Source: a virus
Virus record (IMG/VR): IMGVR_UViG_3300012835_000001
Coordinates: 1 to 22,853 of that record
Strand: one strand, 5' to 3'
DNA length: 22,853 bases
Translations under genes and position numbers: made by a program
Shown: positions 15,700 through 21,927 of the stretch, piece by piece
Layout of the letters: every line of letters begins with the position of its first letter
How positions within the stretch are numbered: the stretch's first letter is position 1
Notes under the pieces: model-generated
Seen by the model: only the letters and a program-made list of their open reading frames with translations
Databases searched by the model: none
Told to the model about the DNA's origin: nothing

Positions 15700-15722
15700 C
15701 TCCTCGGTCGCGCGCCCCGGTA

Positions 15723-15959
15723 TCACCACTGGTGTTGCCAGCACCGAGCGGGAGGTGTATCACCACGTCGCTTCCACACCAAGCGCTCGCACGGCCAGGG
15801 GTTCCGGGTCGCCGCACCGCACTCATTCCATGCCCAGGCCCAATCCTCAATGCAGTGGGTGCAAAGGTCCTCCGGCCCCGTCGTGTCCCAGCCCTGCGCG
15901 TCGTCCTCCTGCTCCTCTCGTTGGCAGCGATCGCAGATGAACCGAACGATCTGCATCAC
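15723..15959 (-). CDS. Small Cys-rich (zinc-ribbon-like) protein, 78 aa
   Basis: Track ORF with CDRC...CTHC pairs and a GTGA overlap with the upstream gene. Confidence 0.6.
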   Translation of the reverse strand: MMQIVRFICDRCQREEQEDDAQGWDTTGPEDLCTHCIEDWAWAWNECGAATRNPWPCERLVWKRRGDTPPARCWQHQW

Positions 15960-16282
15960 TCGCTCGGCAGATCTTGGATGCGCTGCCGGATCAGCTGGTC
16001 GAGCTGCTCGACGTAAGCCGGACCCATCCGCTGCGCCAGGCCGAGCAGCTCGGACACGATGCCGGCTACGCCGTCCATGCTCAGCAGGTACAGGGTGTCG
16101 CTGCGTTCGGTGCTCTTGTTCACGCGGCCGGTGATCTCCAGCCCGAGCATCCGCTCGACGCCCGAATCGCGCAGCCCACCGAGGGCGACGACCGTCGTCC
16201 CGTCGACGAGCACGGCGCGGCGCACGTCGACGAGTGCGTCACCGATCCCGAACGCAGAGCCGCCGATGATCTTGTCGCTCAT
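15956..16282 (-). CDS. Hypothetical protein, 108 aa
   Basis: Track ORF with 4-nt overlaps on both sides and high GC3. Confidence 0.6.
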   Translation of the reverse strand: MSDKIIGGSAFGIGDALVDVRRAVLVDGTTVVALGGLRDSGVERMLGLEITGRVNKSTERSDTLYLLSMDGVAGIVSELLGLAQRMGPAYVEQLDQLIRQRIQDLPSE

Positions 16283-16533
16283 CGGTCGCTCCGGTCGACG
16301 ACTTCGATCGCTGCGACGATGAGAGCTGCGGCCTTCACGAGCTCGACACGATCTACGCCGTGCCCGCCGGCATCGTCGCCAGCGGCATCAAGGTGTCCGT
16401 ATGCGAGGGCGAGCAGGTGGCCGGCGCCGTGCTCATCGTCATGGTCTGGTGTCCAGCTGAGCTCGGCGAGTTGGCGATCGCGCTCGAGCGTGATCGCAGC
16501 GAGCACGGGCAAGGCTTCAGGTGTCAGTGTCAT
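16279..16533 (-). CDS. Hypothetical helical protein, 84 aa (faint resemblance to the dATP/dGTP pyrophosphohydrolase-type N-terminal domain)
   Basis: Track ORF with AGGA 9 nt upstream of the ATG. The pattern ERDRQLAELSWTPDHDDEHGAGHLLALAYGHL resembles the ER.RQ...HDD.H..G.L..A.Y pattern as I recall it. Confidence 0.55.
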   Translation of the reverse strand: MTLTPEALPVLAAITLERDRQLAELSWTPDHDDEHGAGHLLALAYGHLDAAGDDAGGHGVDRVELVKAAALIVAAIEVVDRSDR

Positions 16534-16548
16534 GTGTCGTGTCCTATG

Positions 16549-17310
16549 TCATCGGTAGCGGGAGCTCACGGGTTCGCCGTTGCCGGCGACGGGTGGCAGG
16601 TTCCCGTACGGGTTGGTGGTGCGGTTGCTCTTCACCCGGTTACAGCGCGGGCAGGCGGGGATCAGGTTGTCGAGGTCGTCGGTGCCGCCGCGCGACCTGG
16701 CGGTGAGGTGGTCGGCGGTGGTCGCGCGGATCTTGCAGCCGGGTAGGCCGAGCTGGCAGCGCCGGCCCTTGATGCGCAGCACGAGCTCGCGCTTGTCTTG
16801 GGCGTAGCGGCCGGCCCAGCACGGCAGCGACACCAGGTGCCGGGACTTGCAGCGGTCGCACAGCGGCGCGAGCGGCGCGCCCCGCGCGGCACGGTCGACG
16901 CGCGCGGCGTCGAGGTCGACCACGCCGGACCAGGCCGGGATGCTCGCGGCCGGTTCGTAGCTGCGCCACCAGGCTTCGATCGCGGGATGCTCGCGGCGCG
17001 GGTCGCGGCCGCGGTCGTCGACGCGCTGGTGACACACGTCGCGCGGGGTGAGCAGCATCCAGGCGTGCGTCGCCCCGGTGAGCGACAGCGCCCGCTGCCG
17101 GGCTGTCTCGGTCGCGCCGGTGCGGACGACGATCGCGCGTGCGTCGGCGCGGCCGCCGAGCTGCTCCAGCGCCGCGGTGAACGCCGACTCGGTGCGGCCG
17201 GCCCACGGGTCGAGATCCCGGTCGTACACGGGCACGTCGAACTCGCGGCGTGCGACGGTGGACTTGCCGGCGCCGGGCGGGCCGAACAGCACGCCGACGA
17301 ACCTGGTCAT
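16549..17310 (-). CDS. Fusion protein: N-terminal P-loop NTPase/kinase-like domain + C-terminal HNH endonuclease (253 aa)
   Basis: Walker A GPPGAGKST at residues 10-18. The C-terminus CQLGLPGCKIRATTADHLTARSRGGTDDLDNLIPACPRCNRVKSN is a classic HNH with flanking Cys pairs. Confidence 0.8.
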   Translation of the reverse strand: MTRFVGVLFGPPGAGKSTVARREFDVPVYDRDLDPWAGRTESAFTAALEQLGGRADARAIVVRTGATETARQRALSLTGATHAWMLLTPRDVCHQRVDDRGRDPRREHPAIEAWWRSYEPAASIPAWSGVVDLDAARVDRAARGAPLAPLCDRCKSRHLVSLPCWAGRYAQDKRELVLRIKGRRCQLGLPGCKIRATTADHLTARSRGGTDDLDNLIPACPRCNRVKSNRTTNPYGNLPPVAGNGEPVSSRYR

Positions 17311-17498
17311 GCGGGGGCCCGTCCGCCCTGGCCGTAGGGACGCGCCGGGGCGGACGGGGGTTCAGGGGTGGTGTGGCACGGGCATCCGCACTCCACCCAA
17401 TCGTCTCGGTCGTCCGACCAGGTCGTGCCGGGACACGCGCGATGCTTCCCGACCTGGCAGTCGGGATCGACCGGCAGCGCTTCGTGATCACCAGCCAT
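17307..17498 (-). CDS. Small Cys/His-rich protein, 63 aa
   Basis: Track ORF containing CQVGKHRAC...ECGCPCH. ATGA overlap with the P-loop::HNH gene. Confidence 0.6.
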   Translation of the reverse strand: MAGDHEALPVDPDCQVGKHRACPGTTWSDDRDDWVECGCPCHTTPEPPSAPARPYGQGGRAPA

Positions 17499-17766
17499 CG
17501 CGCATCAACTCATCAGGGTCGTCGGGAACGCGCTCGTCGGTTGCGCGCGCCGGCATGACGACGCCGTACGGGACCAGCGCGCACGTGAGCGCGTGAGCCA
17601 GCTGCGCGACTTGGTCAAGGTCCAGCCGCACGATCCCGCGGGAGAAGTACGGGATGCCGATCACCACCTTGCGGGTCAGGTCGTCGCGATCGACGACGAC
17701 GCCACCGATCTCGGCGTGCACGAGGTCGCCGCCGGTCGTCTCCAACAGTGCGCCCGTCTCACTCAT
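17488..17766 (-). CDS. Hypothetical protein, 92 aa
   Basis: Track ORF that overlaps its neighbours by 8-11 nt and has high GC3. Confidence 0.6.
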   Translation of the reverse strand: MSETGALLETTGGDLVHAEIGGVVVDRDDLTRKVVIGIPYFSRGIVRLDLDQVAQLAHALTCALVPYGVVMPARATDERVPDDPDELMRDGW

Positions 17767-17947
17767 CGGCGTTCTCGCTCTCTGAGCCGACCACCGTGAG
17801 GCGAATGCCGGGCACGACCATCGCGTTCCCGGCTGCGTTCATGAGCTCGTCGTACGCGTCGCAGTGCTTCGGGTCGTCGGGGTTCCAGGCGAGCACGATC
17901 CCGACCGTGCGATGCCGAGCGAACTCGGCGGGGGTGTCATAGGTCAT
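17759..17947 (-). CDS. Hypothetical protein (62 aa from ATG 17947; the track ORF starts at GTG 17959)
   Basis: ATG 17947 has AGGAAG 11 nt upstream, whereas GTG 17959 has no usable spacing. Confidence 0.55.
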   Translation of the reverse strand: MTYDTPAEFARHRTVGIVLAWNPDDPKHCDAYDELMNAAGNAMVVPGIRLTVVGSESENADE

Positions 17948-18242
17948 GTCGTGTGTCACTTCCTGCTGAGATTGGGGGGGTGAGGATGATCTTGAAGAAT
18001 CGGCGGGTGCCCTCGATGTGTCCGGCGAGCAGCCGTGCGGCGTCGGCGTAGCCGGTGAGCGTCTCGATGTTCGACTGCGACCAGAGCGCGACGCGCGAGA
18101 GCTCCATCAGGTGCCGGGCGGTGCGCTCGCACTCCTCGCGCGCGCTCGGCTCGCGCCACAGGCTCGCCTCGATCGTGAACCGCTCGGCGAGGTTCGCGAG
18201 CTCGCTGGACAGTGCGAGCCGGTCGACGTCGACCTCGGTCAT
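17937..18242 (-). CDS. Hypothetical helical protein, 101 aa
   Basis: Track ORF with a 4-nt overlap with the upstream gene. Confidence 0.6.
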   Translation of the reverse strand: MTEVDVDRLALSSELANLAERFTIEASLWREPSAREECERTARHLMELSRVALWSQSNIETLTGYADAARLLAGHIEGTRRFFKIILTPPISAGSDTRHDL

Positions 18243-18424
18243 GAGTGGGCCCAGTCCTCGGGTGCGGCGAGCTCACGGATGGTCCACGACCCGTACAGCG
18301 GCAGCTGGTCGTTCATGAACGCCTCCGCCTCGACCCGCGACACGAACGGGCCCGTGAACCTCGGCAGCAGCTGGTGCCCCTCCGGGTCGCGGGTGACCGT
18401 CGCGTTGATCACGAAGCCGGTCAT
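18239..18424 (-). CDS. Hypothetical protein, 61 aa
   Basis: ATG 18424 overlaps the upstream stop (ATGA). The rest of track ORF 18239..18721 is Arg-rich and overlaps better-supported genes. Confidence 0.5.
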   Translation of the reverse strand: MTGFVINATVTRDPEGHQLLPRFTGPFVSRVEAEAFMNDQLPLYGSWTIRELAAPEDWAHS

Positions 18425-18588
18425 GACGGCCTCCGCTTGCAGAGTGCTTCGGCGCCGTGCGCGCGGCGCGCGTAGTCGACCGAGGCCTTCACCCGCGAGG
18501 GCATCGACTGCCACCCGCACGTACGACAGTCTGCGACCCACCGGCCGTCGATCAGCTGCGTCAGCTGCGGGAACGACAGTGGGCTCAC
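18421..18588 (-). CDS. Small CxxC protein, 55 aa
   Basis: GTG 18588 overlaps the stop of the upstream gene (GTGA). Contains the motif DCRTCGW. This is the downstream part of track ORF 18421..18696. Confidence 0.45.
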   Translation of the reverse strand: MSPLSFPQLTQLIDGRWVADCRTCGWQSMPSRVKASVDYARRAHGAEALCKRRPS

Positions 18589-18815
18589 GATTCCGCTTCC
18601 ACGCACGCCGAGCAGAGGTAGCCGTCGGCGTTCTCCTCGACCCACCAGCAGCCGCCGATGCACGCCTCGTCCTCGGTGCATCCGCACACACGGCACGTCG
18701 CGTCGACGTAAACCTCGACATTGTCGAGACCCGCGACTCGCTGCTCTAGATCCTCGATGAGCTCGGCCGGTGCCGTCGACGGGACGTGGATCGTGATCGC
18801 GAGCTCGACGGTCAT
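18585..18815 (-). CDS. Small Cys-rich protein, 76 aa (CxxCGCT...C....C...C..C type)
   Basis: ATG 18815 overlaps the upstream stop. The pattern CRVCGCTEDEACIGGCWWVEENADGYLCSAC is recurrent in phage small proteins. The rest of track ORF 18585..19388 is an alternate frame of the HTH gene. Confidence 0.6.
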   Translation of the reverse strand: MTVELAITIHVPSTAPAELIEDLEQRVAGLDNVEVYVDATCRVCGCTEDEACIGGCWWVEENADGYLCSACVEAES

Positions 18816-19234
18816 CCGCGGATCCTCTTGATCGTGGCGAGCGGGATCACGAGGGATCCGTTGGGGCCGAACGGGACGACGCCGAAGTAGTCGCGGTGGG
18901 TGGCGATCGCGTGCCGGCTGATGCCGAGCACGCTGGCGGCGACGTCGAGCGGGAGGAACGACGGCAGCGTGTCGAGGGCCGCGTCGAGTGCCTGCGCGAC
19001 GGAGACCGCGAGCTCGTCGACGGACTGCCGTCGTTGCTGCAGCTGCACGACGTCGCCGGTGCGGGGGGTGCGTTGCGCGTCGGTCGGGATCATCCAGCGG
19101 CCGCGTTCGTCCTGGTACGCGCCGGGCAGTTCGCCATCGTCGAGGTAGCGCTGCACGGTGCGGTCGGTCTTGCCGATGAGTGCGGCGTACTGCGTCTTCG
19201 TCACATACTGGGTGGTGTCGTAGGAAAGCGTCAT
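18812..19234 (-). CDS. DNA-binding protein with two excisionase/MerR-type HTH repeats (140 aa); RDF or regulator candidate
   Basis: Repeat 1 is KTQYAALIGKTDRTVQRYLDDGELPGAYQDERGRWMIP. Repeat 2 is LDVAASVLGISRHAIATHRDYFGVVPFGPNGSLVIP. Confidence 0.65.
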   Translation of the reverse strand: MTLSYDTTQYVTKTQYAALIGKTDRTVQRYLDDGELPGAYQDERGRWMIPTDAQRTPRTGDVVQLQQRRQSVDELAVSVAQALDAALDTLPSFLPLDVAASVLGISRHAIATHRDYFGVVPFGPNGSLVIPLATIKRIRG

Positions 19235-19237
19235 AGG

Positions 19238-19420
19238 TCACTTCTTTCTGTGTTGTGAGGAGAGGAGGGCTTGGTATCCGCAGCGGCCGTGGATCTCGAA
19301 TCGGTGTCGGTGGATGCGTCGGGCTTTCTCGGCGGTGCCCTTGTCGCCCGCGGCCCGGTATCCGCAGCCGCGGCAGAGGTAGACCCATTGGCCGGCTGCA
19401 GGTGCGAGCTCGTCGTTCAT
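19238..19420 (-). CDS. Small zinc-ribbon-like protein, 60 aa
   Basis: Track ORF containing CRGCGY...HRH...H.RCGY. ATGA overlap with the upstream gene. Confidence 0.55.
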   Translation of the reverse strand: MNDELAPAAGQWVYLCRGCGYRAAGDKGTAEKARRIHRHRFEIHGRCGYQALLSSQHRKK

Positions 19421-19557
19421 CGGATCGTGGGGTCGAGCGCGGTCGGTGCGCCCTCGTCGTGGCGGTTGGTGATGTGCCAGCTGAGCATCCGGGCTGTGAT
19501 CAGCGCCTTGCAGATCGGGCAGCGTGCTCGCCGGTTGCTGGATCGGTGTTTCGGCAT
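19417..19557 (-). CDS. Small CxxC/H..H protein, 46 aa
   Basis: ATG 19557 is preceded by AGGAGGAG at 9-nt spacing. The protein MPKHRSSNRRARCPICKAL...HITNRH looks zinc-binding. The longer track version (to 19749) starts at a GTG without an SD and has lower GC3. Confidence 0.6.
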   Translation of the reverse strand: MPKHRSSNRRARCPICKALITARMLSWHITNRHDEGAPTALDPTIR

Positions 19558-19920
19558 CTGGATGCTCCTCCTGGCATCGGGTGTCACTGGGAGGGCGGGA
19601 GCTGAGCGGGAGAGGGCAGGGGGACCCCAGGACGTCCTGAAAGACGCCCCACGATCTGCCTTCACCGGTCGGTTGGTCGCCTCGCAGGTGTCGGTATAGG
19701 TGAGACCACTCCGGGGATTATTCGGAGCACAGGGCCGGGTTGTGAACACCAGGGGCTGCAGCGGCCACGCTGCTCCCGCCCAGGCCTGCCTTCACCGGGT
19801 GCCCTGGATGTTCTTGGGGTTGGTTGACTGATGCGGCTCTAACCCGCGACGGCACCGGGGGCTAGCCGGCCCACCCGAATATCAAGAGCGCTCGGGCGCA
19901 CACGCAGAACTCGCGCGATG
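19558..19920. other. 363-bp non-coding island inside the early operon (repeats, palindrome, G-runs; candidate promoter / ori / attP / ncRNA)
   Basis: CTGCCTTCACCGG occurs at 19656..19668 and 19786..19798. Palindrome AGGACGTCCT at 19629..19638, hairpin GCAGCG-gcca-CGCTGC at about 19757..19772, and six G-runs in 19589..19623. No convincing ORF. Confidence 0.6.
19717..19746 (-). promoter_or_regulatory. Sigma70-like promoter candidate for the downstream early/middle genes
   Basis: On the - strand, TTCACA (19746..19741), an 18-nt spacer, then AATAAT (19722..19717). It is flanked on each side by one copy of the 13-bp repeat. Confidence 0.25.
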
Positions 19921-20178
19921 TCAGCTGGCGGGCCCTCCCTCCGCCGGTGACGTGGGATTGCGCCGGGCGTAGAGCACCCGGAAACCTGACTCCTGCCGGA
20001 AGAACGCCTCATAGCCGGCGCGGTCGAGGCCGCGGCCGATGACGCGCAGCAGATCGGCGGCGACGTCGAGCGGCAGACCGCCCAACGTGAGCGCTGCGAC
20101 CGCCCACTCGGTGTCGGCCGGCGCCGGCCGTTCAACGGCCATGTTCCGCACTTCGAGCTCGTCGACGTCGAACCTCAT
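19921..20178 (-). CDS. Hypothetical protein, 85 aa
   Basis: ATG 20178 overlaps the upstream stop (ATGA). This is the downstream part of track ORF 19921..20247. Confidence 0.5.
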   Translation of the reverse strand: MRFDVDELEVRNMAVERPAPADTEWAVAALTLGGLPLDVAADLLRVIGRGLDRAGYEAFFRQESGFRVLYARRNPTSPAEGGPAS

Positions 20179-20402
20179 CGTGTGGGCCACGACGGCCTCC
20201 TCTCGGTATGCCGGCAGCCACAGCAACGGCCACCACACGCACTGCAATCACGCAGCCGTGCATCACACCAGGCGCGGCCACCGATGAACGTGTTCGGCGA
20301 CCACCAGTCGTCACGCAGCTGCACCAGGCGAAACTCACCCGCGGGGATCGGGTCACGATGCCCGAGACCGAACGCGGCACGGAACCGTTCAGACCGCATC
20401 AT
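20175..20402 (-). CDS. Small Cys-rich protein, 75 aa
   Basis: ATG 20402 overlaps the end of the upstream gene (ATGATGCGGTCTGA). Contains WCDARLRDCSACGGRCCGC. This is the downstream part of track ORF 20175..20540. Confidence 0.5.
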   Translation of the reverse strand: MMRSERFRAAFGLGHRDPIPAGEFRLVQLRDDWWSPNTFIGGRAWCDARLRDCSACGGRCCGCRHTERRPSWPTR

Positions 20403-20577
20403 GCGGACCCTCCTCGTCGACCGGGTCGATCGCGGCGAGAACCTCGTCGCGCAGCGCTTCCAGCTCCGCGACGAGCGGGCTGTGCTGCAGCTGCTCAGCA
20501 CGCGCGATGCGGCGAGCGAACACGACCGCGACACGGGCACGCGCCGTCAGATACGGGGGAACGATCGGCGCCGTCAC
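20389..20577 (-). CDS. Hypothetical helical protein, 62 aa
   Basis: Track ORF with a 4-nt overlap with the upstream gene. Confidence 0.5.
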   Translation of the reverse strand: MTAPIVPPYLTARARVAVVFARRIARAEQLQHSPLVAELEALRDEVLAAIDPVDEEGPHDAV

Positions 20578-20867
20578 GATGCGACCACCTCGAGCGCGGG
20601 GTCGCCGCCAGCGCGTCGGCGACCGGACGAGGGGTGACGGTGCCAGCCGGTCGGCTCAGCCTCGGTCGCAGGGTCCCAGACCACGGCCGCGACGATCGCG
20701 AGCTCGCGCGTCGCGTAGCACCAGCGGTCGTCGTAGTAGCCGGCGCCCTGCTGGCCGATGATGATCGCGTGCGTGTACAGGAACGGCACGACCCAGATGC
20801 CGCGGCCGTCCGGCAGCTCGTCGATGAACCAGCCCTCGACGACGTCGTCCCAGTCGCCCGGCTTCAC
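20574..20867 (-). CDS. Hypothetical protein, 97 aa
   Basis: Track ORF with a GTG start overlapping the stop of the small membrane ORF (GTGA) and high GC3. Confidence 0.6.
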   Translation of the reverse strand: MKPGDWDDVVEGWFIDELPDGRGIWVVPFLYTHAIIIGQQGAGYYDDRWCYATRELAIVAAVVWDPATEAEPTGWHRHPSSGRRRAGGDPALEVVAS

Positions 20868-20995
20868 AGCTCACCCCCTGCACCGAGGAAGATCGCCAAC
20901 AGCAGCCCGCCAACAGCGATCGCGCCGACAAACGCCGTCGCGGCGATCGCGATCGCCGCCCGCGGATCCCGCCGCGCCCAGTCCGGCCGGCTCAC
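20864..20995 (-). CDS. Small single-pass membrane protein, 43 aa (below the ORF-track cutoff)
   Basis: GTG 20995 overlaps the upstream stop (GTGA) with GGAGG 6 nt upstream. The protein is VSRPDWARRDPRAAIAIAATAFVGAIAVGGLLLAIFLGAGGEL. Its stop overlaps the next GTG, and GC3 is high. Confidence 0.55.
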   Translation of the reverse strand: MSRPDWARRDPRAAIAIAATAFVGAIAVGGLLLAIFLGAGGEL

Positions 20996-21726
20996 GACGT
21001 CGCCTCCGGGATGGATAGCTGCATCGCGTCGAGCAGCTCGCGCAGCGCGTCGACGAGGCGCCCGGTTGTGTCGGTGTTGGCGTAGGCCTCAGCGGCGTGC
21101 CGGCGATACACGCGGCCGTAGGCGCCGCCGGCGAGATCGACTGCGATCGCCGACACGTACTCGTAGCCGGCCGGGTCGTCCGCGATGCGGTGCGTCTCCC
21201 AGTACCCGGCTGGCCGAGCGTCGCCGTCGATGCCGTACCCCTCGCTCACGAGGACCAGGCCGAGCGGGGTGAGCTCCTCGGGGAACTGCATGATCCCGAT
21301 CTGCCTGACCGCGCCCGCGAGTGTGCGCAGCACGGCGAACGGTGAGGCGAAGCTCCAGACGGAGTCCGGGAACGCGAGAACGCCGCGCAGAGCGCCCTCG
21401 CGGTCCTGACACAGCACGGCCAGCGTCGGCGCCTCGTCCCACACGTTGGTGCGCCGGAAGTCGTCGATCACGGCCGTCAGGAAGTCGTCGATGCTCTCGT
21501 CGGGCTCATCGTCGGCGCGCCGGTGGCAGGCACACACGCATGATGCGTCGTTGCACCATGCGTGCGCGCCCACGTCGCAGGACGACGAGATCTCCTCGCG
21601 GTCCCGCGGCCGCGTCCAGTCGTGGCAGTGGCCGCAATAGCCTTCCCGGACGTCGCTCGGGTTGTACGACGTCCGCCCGCACGACGGACACGTGAACGAC
21701 GGCTGCCCCCCAGGTGCCGCGCCCAC
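20992..21726 (-). CDS. Zinc-ribbon-containing protein of unknown function, 244 aa (largest early protein)
   Basis: N-terminal CPSCG...GYCGHCHDWT ribbon, then CDVGAHAWCNDASCVCACH, then a globular domain of about 170 aa. GTG start. Confidence 0.65.
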   Translation of the reverse strand: MGAAPGGQPSFTCPSCGRTSYNPSDVREGYCGHCHDWTRPRDREEISSSCDVGAHAWCNDASCVCACHRRADDEPDESIDDFLTAVIDDFRRTNVWDEAPTLAVLCQDREGALRGVLAFPDSVWSFASPFAVLRTLAGAVRQIGIMQFPEELTPLGLVLVSEGYGIDGDARPAGYWETHRIADDPAGYEYVSAIAVDLAGGAYGRVYRRHAAEAYANTDTTGRLVDALRELLDAMQLSIPEATS

Positions 21727-21729
21727 GCC

Positions 21730-21909
21730 TCAGCCCTGCTCCCTGCGCGCCGCGATCCAGTCGCGCACTGCACGCTGCAGCGCCGACGTCTCCAGCGCAC
21801 GAACCCGCTCCTCGAGGTACGAGATCCGCCTGCCCTGCAGCAGGTTCGCGGCCACCAGGAACACGACCGTCAGCACGTAGAGGATGCTCTGCACGATGTC
21901 GACCGTCAT
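21730..21909 (-). CDS. Small membrane-anchored protein, 59 aa (below the ORF-track cutoff)
   Basis: ATG 21909 with GGAGG 7 nt upstream. The protein is MTVDIVQSILYVLTVVFLVAANLLQGRRISYLEERVRALETSALQRAVRDWIAARREQG. High GC3. Confidence 0.6.
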   Translation of the reverse strand: MTVDIVQSILYVLTVVFLVAANLLQGRRISYLEERVRALETSALQRAVRDWIAARREQG

Positions 21910-21927
21910 CCCGCCGCCTCCATGGTG

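Noticed and set aside
19589-19623. Six G-runs (GGG A GGG C GGG ... GGGGG) as a G-quadruplex motif
   Set aside because: G-runs are expected at this GC content, and one loop would be 8 nt. With no supporting evidence, I mention it only as part of the non-coding island.
19558-19749. Long version of track ORF 19417..19749 (110 aa)
   Set aside because: It starts at a GTG with no SD, and the upstream 64 codons have reduced GC3. The internal ATG 19557 has a near-perfect AGGAGGAG SD.
19801-19860. Possible tRNA or tRNA-3-prime fragment (attP-like) in the non-coding island, e.g. GCGG-GTTAGAG-CCGC on the - strand
   Set aside because: The stem is only 4 bp, the loop does not match the TTCRANN T-loop, and no acceptor or anticodon arms can be built. 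I could not run a tRNA scanner, so a degenerate fragment cannot be fully excluded.
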